Shown in pieces: positions 1 through 9,000 of a stretch of DNA of 42,064 nucleotides; position 1 is the first letter of the stretch; the number at the start of each line of letters is the position of its first letter. The position numbers and the translations under genes were made by a program. The notes under the pieces are model-generated. The model was not told where the DNA came from. It did not search any database and saw nothing but the letters and a program-made list of their open reading frames with translations. Origin of the DNA: Candidatus Eiseniibacteriota bacterium (GTDB taxonomy: Bacteria; Eisenbacteria; RBG-16-71-46; SZUA-252); contig JBGPMG010000003.1 of the NCBI GenBank assembly GCA_041486815.1, forward strand, positions 1 through 42,064, given 5' to 3'.

Positions 1-69
1 GATCAGCTTCGCGTAGCCGCACGCGACCGAGAAGGCGATGAGGGCGGCGCTTCGGACGACGGTTCGCAT
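1..69 (-). CDS. N-terminus of a hypothetical membrane protein, truncated by the window edge (possibly ECF transporter S-component-like)
   Basis: ATG at 69 reads MRTVVRSAALIAFSVACGYAKLI to the window edge; hydrophobic; sigma70-like promoter just upstream. The family is a guess from 23 aa. Confidence 0.45.
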   Translation of the reverse strand, partial: MRTVVRSAALIAFSVACGYAKLI

Positions 70-89
70 GGGGGCGGGAGAGAAGCCGG

Positions 90-118
90 ACGCTAGCAGA
101 AGGTCCGGGCCCGCGCAA
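90..118 (-). promoter_or_regulatory. sigma70-type promoter for the edge gene
   Basis: Minus strand TTGCGC-N17-TAGCGT with extended -10 TGc. Confidence 0.45.
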
Positions 119-124
119 TCGGAA

Positions 125-144
125 CCTCCGCGTCGCGGCGGAGG
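125..144 (-). terminator. GC-rich hairpin downstream of the PHP gene (possible weak terminator)
   Basis: CCTCCGC/GCGGAGG 7-bp stem, 6-nt loop, followed on minus only by TTCCGATT (no real U-tract). Confidence 0.3.
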
Positions 145-155
145 CCCGCGGGGCC

Positions 156-1007
156 TCAGCGGGGCGTTCGAATCGCGCGGCGGGCGCGCAAGGCTTCGTC
201 CAGCGTCGTGAGCGCGGCTTCCGGAACCGGGACGCCTCCGATCGAAACGTCCGGCGTCCGCTCTCCGTGAAAGTCGGAGCCTCCGGTCATGAGTAATCCA
301 TGCTGCTTCGCGATCTCCCTGTAGCGCGTCGCGTCGGCCGTGGCATGCTTCGAGTGCCAGACTTCGATCCCATCGAGGCCGCGGCCCGCCCACCCAGCGA
401 TCAGGTGGTCGCGGTTCAGCGTGCCGGGATGCGCGAGCACCGTGACTCCGCCGGCCTCGCGGACGGTCGATACTGCCTCCTCGAGCGCGACCGTCTGTTT
501 CGGAACGTAGGCGGGCGCGTGATGCCCCAGGAAGCGCTGGAACGCCTCCTGGAAGGTCTCGATGTGTCCACCCTGCATCAGCGCTTCGGCCACATGGGGA
601 CGGCCGAGCGCGCCTCCGCGCGCGATCGCCTCGACCTCCTCGAGCGTGATCTTGATCCCGAGTCCCTTGAGGCGGGCGAGGATCTTTCGGGCGCGCTCGC
701 GGCGGGAATCGCGGTAGCGCGCGATCGCGGCGACGAGGCCTTTGTCTTGGGGATCAAACCCGTACGCGAGGAGGTGGACGTCGATCCCCGTCTCGCTCAC
801 GGACAGCTCCACGCCGGGAATCACGCGGATCCCGGAGCGCAGCGCCCGCTCCTCGGCCGCGGGGATCCCATCGAGCGAGTCGTGGTCGGTAAGCGCTATG
901 ACGCGGACCCCGTTCCGCTCCGCCATCGCGACGACCGTTTCCGCCGGGTACGATCCATCCGACGCCGTGGAGTGGAGGTGGAGATCGATCGTGGATGCGG
1001 GCGTCAT
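156..1007 (-). CDS. PHP-domain phosphoesterase (TrpH/YciV/RNase AM family)
   Basis: DLHLHSTASDG, ALTDHD, GVELS, HLLAY, GRPHVA, LAHPG, TGGSDFHG metal-binding motifs; ATGA overlap with upstream TPR gene. Confidence 0.9.
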   Translation of the reverse strand: MTPASTIDLHLHSTASDGSYPAETVVAMAERNGVRVIALTDHDSLDGIPAAEERALRSGIRVIPGVELSVSETGIDVHLLAYGFDPQDKGLVAAIARYRDSRRERARKILARLKGLGIKITLEEVEAIARGGALGRPHVAEALMQGGHIETFQEAFQRFLGHHAPAYVPKQTVALEEAVSTVREAGGVTVLAHPGTLNRDHLIAGWAGRGLDGIEVWHSKHATADATRYREIAKQHGLLMTGGSDFHGERTPDVSIGGVPVPEAALTTLDEALRARRAIRTPR

Positions 1008-2743
1008 GATCCGCGGCCGGACGAGATCCGCTGAGTCAGCTCGCGGACCTTGGTGGTCACCTTGAGGAAGCCGGCATTGAGCAGAGAGACCTCCTCAAAA
1101 TGTTGGAGGGCCTTCTCGAGATTTCCCAGCCGCTCGTATGCCATGCCTAGATGATACCGCAGACTGATGGTCTCTTCGGGACCGTGCCCGGGGAGCTCGA
1201 GGGCCCGGGTGAGCTCGCGCGCCGCCGCCGCGGGCTCGTTCTTCTCCAAGTAGCAGAGCGCGATCATCTCCAAGCACTTGAGCTCCATCGGCCCGCCCTT
1301 CGAGGCCACCTGAAATTCTCCGATCGCTTCCTCGTACAGGCCCATCTCCATGTAGGCCATGCCGAGATCGTAGTGACTCTCGTGGTCCTCTCCGGAGATG
1401 CTGCTGCTCACCCCCGCCTTGAACTCGTCGATGATCTCCTCGAGGTCGATCAGATTGTCGGTGCTGGTCGGCGATTCGTCCCGCACGCGGACCGAGGCGG
1501 CGGGCCGATTGTTGGGGAGCGAGTCCAGGTCCACCTGCGGCTCCGGCGACGTTCCGTTCATCGCGTCGATGCGGGCCACGCGCATCCGGGCGCGGCCGTT
1601 CGAAGGATCGAGCTCCAGGGAGCGCATGTACTCCGCCCTCGACAGCGCCCACTCCTCGTGACCGAGATAGAGCTCCGCGAGATTGAACCTGGCCTTCGCC
1701 TCGGCGGGCCGATCCTCGGCCTGAGCCGTCACGTCGACCAGCCTGCGAAGGGCCGCCTCGTGGTCGGGCGTCACTTGAAGAAGCGACGAGAGCAGCAGGC
1801 GCGCGCGCGGTAGATCGTCGCGGAAAAAGGCGAGCTCAGCCGCCTTCCAGAACTCCTCGGCCGCCAGCTCCCGGTTCCCCGCGCTCAGGTAGCCCGCCGC
1901 GAGGTCCTCGTGGCGAGGCGGCGCGTCCTCCGCTTCGGGCGCGGTCGCCGCGGTCTCGGACGGACCCTCCATCGAAGGCGATTCGGCCGCCGCCTCGGTC
2001 ACGAGGCTCTCGGGCGACAGTTCGTCCATGACGCTGCGCACGGAGGGCTCGTACGCGGCCTCGCTCGACACCGGCTCGTCGAGAATCGCCTCGGGAGCCT
2101 CCTCCGCCTCCGTCGTCGGCTCGTACGCGGATGGTCCATCGGCCGACGTGCCGGGAGCGAGCGTCGACGCGCGCTCGCGGAGGTGGCGCGCCTCCTCCAT
2201 TTCTCCGCGGTGCTCCAGCATTTCCGCGCGGCGCCGAAGCTCGCGCCCTCCGCGCTCGGGTTCGTCGGCGCGCATGGCAATCTCGACGTACTTCTCGGAG
2301 AGATCCGTGTTTTCCGGGGAGAGCTGGAGCACCAGCTCGATCACATCGAGGGCGGCTTCGTGATCCTGGCGCCGGATGGAGCCTTCGGCGAACTCGAGGT
2401 AGTGAATCTGGGCGTCGCCGTGGAGCCCTTCTTTGGCGTAGAGGTCGCCTAAGGAGCGATGAATCTCGAGGTCTTCCTTGGAGATTCGGAGGATCTTCTT
2501 GCAGACCGCGATCGCGTTCTTGAAGAGCTCGGCCTTGGTGTATTCGGTGATCGCCTGGCGATAACGGCGAACCGCTTCCTGCATGGCGCCACGCTTCGCC
2601 AGGAGGTCCGCGACGAGGATGAAGTCGTACGGATCCTTATCCCCGCTCTCGAAGAGTTTGTCGAACTCCTCAAGCGCGGCGTCGATCTGCCCCTTCTGAA
2701 CGAGCAGCTGCGCCCGCTTCTTGATGGCGACGTTTCGGTCCAC
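1004..2743 (-). CDS. Tetratricopeptide repeat protein with acidic linkers (SgmX/FimV C-terminal-like architecture)
   Basis: Start moved to GTG 2743 behind GAGGAG; multiple TPR-like helix pairs; Glu/Ala/Pro-rich linker; C-terminal SHYDLGMAYMEMGLYEEAIGEF and RYHLGMAYERLG repeats. Confidence 0.8.
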   Translation of the reverse strand: MDRNVAIKKRAQLLVQKGQIDAALEEFDKLFESGDKDPYDFILVADLLAKRGAMQEAVRRYRQAITEYTKAELFKNAIAVCKKILRISKEDLEIHRSLGDLYAKEGLHGDAQIHYLEFAEGSIRRQDHEAALDVIELVLQLSPENTDLSEKYVEIAMRADEPERGGRELRRRAEMLEHRGEMEEARHLRERASTLAPGTSADGPSAYEPTTEAEEAPEAILDEPVSSEAAYEPSVRSVMDELSPESLVTEAAAESPSMEGPSETAATAPEAEDAPPRHEDLAAGYLSAGNRELAAEEFWKAAELAFFRDDLPRARLLLSSLLQVTPDHEAALRRLVDVTAQAEDRPAEAKARFNLAELYLGHEEWALSRAEYMRSLELDPSNGRARMRVARIDAMNGTSPEPQVDLDSLPNNRPAASVRVRDESPTSTDNLIDLEEIIDEFKAGVSSSISGEDHESHYDLGMAYMEMGLYEEAIGEFQVASKGGPMELKCLEMIALCYLEKNEPAAAARELTRALELPGHGPEETISLRYHLGMAYERLGNLEKALQHFEEVSLLNAGFLKVTTKVRELTQRISSGRGS

Positions 2744-2771
2744 GCGTCTCCTCAGCAGCTCCCGACGGACA

Positions 2772-4316
2772 TCATGCGGACGCCACCGCCGCGTCGAGCC
2801 GGCGGCGGGCCTGGTCCACACAAGCGGAGTGGAGCTGTTCCGCCCGGGTTGCCGCGCGGCGCGCGCGCTCTTCGAACTCCGCGCGCTCCGACTCGGGCAG
2901 CTCGGGCAGATTGATTCGAACGTTCCACGCAGCCCCCTCCACACCCGCCCGCGCGAGCCAGGCCGCCACGACGGCATCGCTCACCGCGTGCTCGTTCCCG
3001 TGCGTCGCGACCGGAAGTAGCTGCTCCAAGACTCGGACACAGGACTCCGCCGTACGGAGCGGCGTACCGGCCGCTCCCCGAGCCGCCTCGAGCATCGCGG
3101 ACGCGCGCGCGGCGATCTCCTCCGGCGTGCGCCGCGACATCTTGGCAGCCGCGCGAAACCCGTCGTAGGCGCGGGCGTCCTCGGCCACGAGTCCGAACAG
3201 CTCCCGGCGAAGGGACTCCAACGCCGATTCCGCCGAGCGCATGGCTTCCTCGTGCTCGGCGTACCGCTTCTTTCCAATCGTCAGGCGCGCGACCATCGAG
3301 CCCAAGGCCCCCGCCAGCGCGCCGGCCAAGGCGGAGACCGAACCTCCACCCGGCGTCGGCGCGGAGGACGCGACTTCGTCCAGGAAGTCGGGCACGGCCT
3401 GTTCCGCCGCGCCCAGATGCCTCGCCAGGCGGTTCTCCAGAATCTGATCTCGTGAAAAATTCTCGAGGCGGAGCGCATGCTCCGCCACGTCGATGAGCGC
3501 GTCTTGACAGACGAGCCCCACGACCTCGCTGCCGACGATCGGCACGCCGTATCGCTCGGCTTCGTCCCGAATGAGCGCGAACACACGATGGACGGGTGTC
3601 CCCCACGTGTTCACCAGGTTCATGGACACCTGCACGATGCCGCGTTCCGAGAGTTCGAATCCGAGCGCCTTCACATAACGAAGCCCACCTGACTGAAACC
3701 GAATCGCCTTCGCGATCTTCTTCGCGACCTCGACATCCTTGGTGCCTAGATTCACGTTGAACGCCAGGAGCGGGAGACGAGCCCCCACCGCGATGGCTCC
3801 CGCGGTCGGATGGATCGCCCTCGGACCGAAGTCGGGGGCGCGCTCGGGGTCCGTGGCGATCGTCGCCGCGATGCCCTCCAGCTCCCCCCGCCGGACGTCA
3901 GCCAGATTTTGTCGGGACGGGCGGGTCGCCGCCGCCTCGTAGAGGTAGACGGGAATCTGAATCTCACTCCCGATCCGCTCGCCGGCCCGCCGCGCCAAAT
4001 CCACACAGCGCTCCAGAGGCGTCGACCCCACCGGCACGAAGGGAACTACATCGGTGGCCCCCATCCGCGGATGCTCCCCCCGATGCTGGCGCATGTCGAT
4101 CAACTCGGTCGCCTTTCGAACACCCCTCAAGACCGCCTCCAAGACGGCCTCCGGCTCCCCCACAAAAGTGATCACGGAGCGGTTGTGATCGGCGTTCATC
4201 TCCTGATCGAGCAAACGGATCGACCGATCATGCGAAATTTCGGCAGCAATGGCCTGAACTACAGATTTATTTCGGCCTTCGCTGAAGTTGGGAACGCACT
4301 CCACGAGCTCGTTCAT
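2772..4316 (-). CDS. ftcD: Bifunctional glutamate formiminotransferase / formiminotetrahydrofolate cyclodeaminase
   Basis: LVECVPNFSEGR, DHNRSVIT, HPRMGATDVVPFVP, VQVSMNL (FT domain) plus SSAPTPGGGSVSAL and NVRINL (cyclodeaminase); ATG 4316 with AAGGAG RBS. Confidence 0.95.
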   Translation of the reverse strand: MNELVECVPNFSEGRNKSVVQAIAAEISHDRSIRLLDQEMNADHNRSVITFVGEPEAVLEAVLRGVRKATELIDMRQHRGEHPRMGATDVVPFVPVGSTPLERCVDLARRAGERIGSEIQIPVYLYEAAATRPSRQNLADVRRGELEGIAATIATDPERAPDFGPRAIHPTAGAIAVGARLPLLAFNVNLGTKDVEVAKKIAKAIRFQSGGLRYVKALGFELSERGIVQVSMNLVNTWGTPVHRVFALIRDEAERYGVPIVGSEVVGLVCQDALIDVAEHALRLENFSRDQILENRLARHLGAAEQAVPDFLDEVASSAPTPGGGSVSALAGALAGALGSMVARLTIGKKRYAEHEEAMRSAESALESLRRELFGLVAEDARAYDGFRAAAKMSRRTPEEIAARASAMLEAARGAAGTPLRTAESCVRVLEQLLPVATHGNEHAVSDAVVAAWLARAGVEGAAWNVRINLPELPESERAEFEERARRAATRAEQLHSACVDQARRRLDAAVASA

Positions 4317-4402
4317 GCCCACTCCTTGCGTTTTTGTGGCGTGAATAGGGCGCGATAGTGACTTCGTAACCTATTACTTTACAGCGGCATCTGTTAATAG
4401 CT

Positions 4403-5680
4403 TCAGAAACAACTCCAATGATGGCCCGCATCAATCTCCACGCGACCGCGTTTCACCACCGCGTGCACGTGATCGTGTGAATAATGGTACGGGATATGGC
4501 GGTGGTCGTCGGTGTCGAAGAGGCAGAAATCGGCTTGGAATCCGGGCCTCAACCTCCCGATCTTCGCGGCTTCCGCCACCGCGGAGGCGGCGTTGGCGGT
4601 GGCCGCCATCCAGGCCTCGGCCGGGGAGAGGCGCATCTGCGTGACGGCCAGCGTGAGGGTGAGGGTCATCGAGGAGGACATCGAGGTCCCCGGGTTGAAA
4701 TCGGTCGCGAGGGCGACCGCCAGCCCCCGTTCGATCATCTGCCGGGCCTTCGCGTACGGGAGTCCGAGGGTGAACGGCGTGCCGGGGAGGAGCACGGCGA
4801 TCACGCCTGCCTTGGCCATGGCTTCGAGCCCACGGTCGGCGGCCTGGAGGAGGTGGTCCGCCGAGACCGCGCCCACCTCGGCCGCGAGCGCCGCCGCTCC
4901 CACGTCCGCCAGCTCGTCCGCGTGGAGCTTGGGCAGAAGCCCGTGCGCCTTCCCCGCCTCGAGAATCCGACGCGCCTCTTCGACCGTGAAGACGCCGCGG
5001 TCGCAGAAGACGTCGCAGAATCGGGCCAGCTTCTCCGCCGCCACCGCTGGAATCATCGATTGGACGACGAGATCGACGTACGCGCCGCGCCGGTCTCGAT
5101 ATTCATCCGGGATCTCGTGCGCGCCGAGGAAGGTGGGGACCAGTTCGACGGCCGAGGTCGCCGCGGCTCTCTTCATCGCGCGGAGTTGCTTCAACTCGGG
5201 CTCGAGCGCCAGCCCGTACCCGCTCTTCGCCTCCACGGTGGTGATTCCCTGGAGAAGGAGGCGCGAGAGCCGCTTCCCGACTCGCTCCGCGAGCTCGTCC
5301 TCGCCGAGTGCGCGAAGCTGCCGGACACTCTCACGAATGCCGCCGCCTCGCGCCGCGATCGCCTCGTAGCTCTCGCCGCCGGCGCGTGCCTCGAACTCCA
5401 TCTCACGGGTGCCGGCGAACGGCAGGTGGGTGTGGGCGTCGACAAAACCGGGCGCGACGAGCCGGCCCCGCGCGTCGAGCACCTTCCTCGCTTCGCGCTC
5501 CGGGTATTGTGCCGCCACGTCGCGTGTCGGCCCGACCGCGGCGATCTTCTCGCCGACCACGGCCACGGCAGCGTCGGCGAGCAGGAGCGGGCGGCCCAGG
5601 TCGGGGCCCAGAAGCGGCGCGGATCCGTCGGGCGCCGTGATCAGCTGGGCCGCGGAAAGTACGAGGAGGTCGGACTTCAC
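4403..5680 (-). CDS. hutI: Imidazolonepropionase
   Basis: PGFVDAHTH, EAKSGYGL, TFLGAH, KLHADEL, SADHL, LATDFNPGT; start taken at GTG 5680 (uncertain, no clear RBS). Confidence 0.93.
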   Translation of the reverse strand: MKSDLLVLSAAQLITAPDGSAPLLGPDLGRPLLLADAAVAVVGEKIAAVGPTRDVAAQYPEREARKVLDARGRLVAPGFVDAHTHLPFAGTREMEFEARAGGESYEAIAARGGGIRESVRQLRALGEDELAERVGKRLSRLLLQGITTVEAKSGYGLALEPELKQLRAMKRAAATSAVELVPTFLGAHEIPDEYRDRRGAYVDLVVQSMIPAVAAEKLARFCDVFCDRGVFTVEEARRILEAGKAHGLLPKLHADELADVGAAALAAEVGAVSADHLLQAADRGLEAMAKAGVIAVLLPGTPFTLGLPYAKARQMIERGLAVALATDFNPGTSMSSSMTLTLTLAVTQMRLSPAEAWMAATANAASAVAEAAKIGRLRPGFQADFCLFDTDDHRHIPYHYSHDHVHAVVKRGRVEIDAGHHWSCF

Positions 5681-5744
5681 GAGCGCGGTCCCGGCGGTCG
5701 ACTGCCCGCTCCGCGGAGGATCGAACTCCTCGGGAGGAGGGGCC

Positions 5745-7442
5745 TCACTCCTCGGTCGGGATCTGCAGCCGGTGGCGCTTGGCCGCCGCCCGCGCTTCGG
5801 GGTAGCCCGCGTCGGCGTGCCGCCAGACGCCGGTCGCCGGGTCGTTGGAGAGAACACGCTTCAATCGGGCGAGACCAGCCGGCGTTCCATCCGCGACGAT
5901 CACGACGCCCGCATGGATCGAATTTCCGATTCCGACGCCTCCGCCGTGATGCACGGAAACCCACGAGGCGCCGGAGACCGCGTTCAAGAGGGCGTTGAGA
6001 ATCGGCCAGTCCGCGATCGCGTCGCTCCCGTCCCGCATCCCTTCGGTCTCGCGGTACGGCGACGCGACCGAGCCGCAGTCCAGATGGTCGCGCCCGATCA
6101 CGATGGGAGCCTCCACCTCGCCGCGCTCGACCATTCGGTGGATCGCCTCGCCGAATCGCTCGCGCTCGCCCATGCCCAGCCAGCAGATCCGCGCCGGAAG
6201 CCCCTGGAACCGGACGCGCTCCCCGGCGAGGCGGATCCAGCGGTGAAGCGCTTCGTCCTTCGGGAAGAGCTCGAGGACGGCGCGATCGGTCGCGGCAATG
6301 TCCTTGGGATTGCCTGAGAGGGCCACCCACCGGAACGGGCCCTTTCCCTCGCAGAAGAGGGGCCGGATGAACTCCGGAACGAAGCCCGGGATCCGAAACG
6401 CGTCCTCGACGCCGGCACGCTTCGCCTGACCCCGGATGTTGTTGCCGTAGTCGAACACGACCGAGCCCGCCTCCTGGAACGCGCGCATGGCGCGCACATG
6501 GGCCGCCATCGAGGAGAGCGCGCGCTCGATGTAGGCGCGCGGGTCCGACGCACGGAGCGCGATCGCATCGGGCAGCGTGAGCCCCGCCGGCACGTAGCCG
6601 TTCAGCTCGTCGTGGGCCGAGGTCTGATCGGTGACGAGGTCGGGGCGGAGTCCCCGGCGCACCAGTTCGGGGAGCACGTCCGCGGCGTTTCCGACGAGGC
6701 CGACCGAGAGTGATTTCTTTCCCCGCACGGCCTCCTCGACCCAACGAAGCGCCTCGTCGAGGGAGGTGGTGCTCCGATCGAGATAGTTCGTCTCGACCCG
6801 CCGGTTCACCCGCGCGGGATCGACCTCGACCGCAAGGCAGACCCCCTCGTTCATGGTGACGGCCAAAGGCTGCGCTCCGCCCATGCCGCCCAGTCCCGCT
6901 GTGAGAAGCCATCGTCCCAGAAGGGTCCCGTCCCAGTGGCGCCGGGCCGCGGAGGCGAAGGTCTCGTAGGTGCCCTGCAAGATTCCCTGCGTGCCGATGT
7001 AGATCCAGGACCCCGCGGTCATCTGGCCATACATCGTCAGCCCTTTGGCCTCGAGCGCTCGGAACTCATCCCACGTGGCCCACGCGGGGACGAGCAGGGA
7101 GTTCGCGATCAGGACCCGCGGAGCGTCCGAATGCGTGCGAGCGACCGCCACCGGCTTCCCCGATTGGACGAGGAGCGTCTCGTCGGGCTCGAGGTTCCGG
7201 AGCGCGCGCACGATGGCGTGGTACGCGGGCCACGAGCGGGCGGCCCGCCCCGTGCCGCCGTAGACGACCAGCTCTTGGGGTTTCTCCGCGACGTCGGGGT
7301 CGAGATTGTTCATCAGCATCCGGAGGGCCGCTTCCTGGTGCCAGCCCTTGCACGAGCGATTCGGACCCCTCGGGGCCCGGACCGGCTCCGCGGGAGGCTC
7401 TCCCAGGATCGGGTTGCCGGGTACCGCTGCGGCTCGATTCAT
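5745..7442 (-). CDS. hutU: Urocanate hydratase
   Basis: [66 protein letters not shown]; ATG 7442 with GAGGAG. Confidence 0.97.
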   Translation of the reverse strand: MNRAAAVPGNPILGEPPAEPVRAPRGPNRSCKGWHQEAALRMLMNNLDPDVAEKPQELVVYGGTGRAARSWPAYHAIVRALRNLEPDETLLVQSGKPVAVARTHSDAPRVLIANSLLVPAWATWDEFRALEAKGLTMYGQMTAGSWIYIGTQGILQGTYETFASAARRHWDGTLLGRWLLTAGLGGMGGAQPLAVTMNEGVCLAVEVDPARVNRRVETNYLDRSTTSLDEALRWVEEAVRGKKSLSVGLVGNAADVLPELVRRGLRPDLVTDQTSAHDELNGYVPAGLTLPDAIALRASDPRAYIERALSSMAAHVRAMRAFQEAGSVVFDYGNNIRGQAKRAGVEDAFRIPGFVPEFIRPLFCEGKGPFRWVALSGNPKDIAATDRAVLELFPKDEALHRWIRLAGERVRFQGLPARICWLGMGERERFGEAIHRMVERGEVEAPIVIGRDHLDCGSVASPYRETEGMRDGSDAIADWPILNALLNAVSGASWVSVHHGGGVGIGNSIHAGVVIVADGTPAGLARLKRVLSNDPATGVWRHADAGYPEARAAAKRHRLQIPTEE

Positions 7443-7467
7443 AGCGGGCTCACTCCTCACGGCGCGC

Positions 7468-9000
7468 TCAAAATTGCGCGACGGCCGCGGCATCCGCCGC
7501 CGCCCCGCGCTCGATCCACTCATCGAGGGCCGCGAGGTCCCGATCCTGCCGGCGATCCTCGTTAAGCGGCGGCACGCGGTCCCGAAGGCCACGAAGGAGC
7601 TCCTCCAGCGGCTCGCTCGATCGGAGCGGACGGAGAAACTCGATTCCCTGCGCGGCGCACAGAAGCTCCGCCGCCACGACGCGGCGCACGTTCCGAACCA
7701 AGGCGAGCGCCTTCATCGCCGCGTGCATCGACATGCTCACGTGATCCTCTTGTCCGGCCGAGGTCGGAATCGAGTCGATCGAGGCGGGCTGGGCGAGCAT
7801 TCGATTCTCCGCCACGAGGGCGGCCTGGAGGTACTGCACGATCATCAGTCCCGAGCTCACGCCGGCCTCCCGGCTCAGGAAGGCCGGGAGCCCGCTCTTC
7901 TCCGCGTCGAGGAGCAGGAATGTCCGCCGCTCGGCGATCGATCCGACCTCCGCCATGCCGATCGCGAGGAAGTCGAGCGCCTGCGCCAGCGGCTGGCCGT
8001 GGAAATTTCCCGCCGAGAGAACCTCCTCCGACTCCGGAAAGCAGAGCGGGTTGTCGGTCACGCTGTTCACTTCGGTCAAGACGATTTCCCGGGCGTACCG
8101 GAACGCGTCGACCGAAGCGCCGAGCACCTGCGGCGCGCATCGGAACGAATAGGGATCCTGGACGCGCCCGCACCCCGCATGGGAGGCGAGAATCGCGCTC
8201 CCCGTTAAGAGCCCGCGGATCGCGCCCGCCGAGTCGATCTGGCCGCGGTGCGGCCGAAGCGCGTGGACGCGGGGGTCGAACGGCTTGGACGATCCGCGGA
8301 TGGCGTCGACCGAGAGCGCGCACGCCGCGTGCGCCGCACGAAGCACGTCCGCGCTCTCGAGGAGCGCCTGGACCCCGACGGCGGCGGAGGCCTGGGTTCC
8401 GTTGATGAGCGCGAGCCCTTCCTTCGCCGCGAGCGGGAGCGGGGTCACGCCCGCCTCGCGATACTGATCCGCGGCCGCGCCGCTTCGTCCGTTCCGGCGC
8501 AATTCGCCTTCACCGATCACGCCGAGCCCCAGGTGGGCCAGAGGGATCAGGTCGCCGCTCGCGCCGAGCGACCCGCGGCTCGGCACGACCGGAAGCAGGT
8601 CCCGCTCGAGCATCGTGACCAGGTGCTCGAGCAGCTCGGACCGCACCCCGCTCGATCCGAGCGCCAAGGAGTGGGCGCGGAGGGCGAGCATGAGCCGGAC
8701 GGCGGGCCGCTCGAGCTCCGGGCCGGCGCCGGCAGCGTGACTCCGGAGGAGGTTGACCTGAAGCCGCTCGACGTCCGCGTCGGCGATCCGGACGCTCTTG
8801 AGCGCGCCGAATCCGGTGTTGACGCCGTAGACCGGCGCTCCGCTTCGGACCGCCCGGTCGATCAGGTCGCGCGCGGGCTTCACCCGCTTGCGCGTCTCGG
8901 GGCCGAGCGCGGCCGGGGCGCCCTCGGCGAGGGAACGGAGCCCCTCGAACGTCAACCGCCCGCCTCCCAGCTCCACCAACGGCGTCTTCACGCGGGACAT
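7468..9000 (-). CDS. hutH: Histidine ammonia-lyase
   Basis: [17 protein letters not shown]-forming [39 protein letters not shown]; hut context. Confidence 0.96.
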   Translation of the reverse strand: MSRVKTPLVELGGGRLTFEGLRSLAEGAPAALGPETRKRVKPARDLIDRAVRSGAPVYGVNTGFGALKSVRIADADVERLQVNLLRSHAAGAGPELERPAVRLMLALRAHSLALGSSGVRSELLEHLVTMLERDLLPVVPSRGSLGASGDLIPLAHLGLGVIGEGELRRNGRSGAAADQYREAGVTPLPLAAKEGLALINGTQASAAVGVQALLESADVLRAAHAACALSVDAIRGSSKPFDPRVHALRPHRGQIDSAGAIRGLLTGSAILASHAGCGRVQDPYSFRCAPQVLGASVDAFRYAREIVLTEVNSVTDNPLCFPESEEVLSAGNFHGQPLAQALDFLAIGMAEVGSIAERRTFLLLDAEKSGLPAFLSREAGVSSGLMIVQYLQAALVAENRMLAQPASIDSIPTSAGQEDHVSMSMHAAMKALALVRNVRRVVAAELLCAAQGIEFLRPLRSSEPLEELLRGLRDRVPPLNEDRRQDRDLAALDEWIERGAAADAAAVAQF

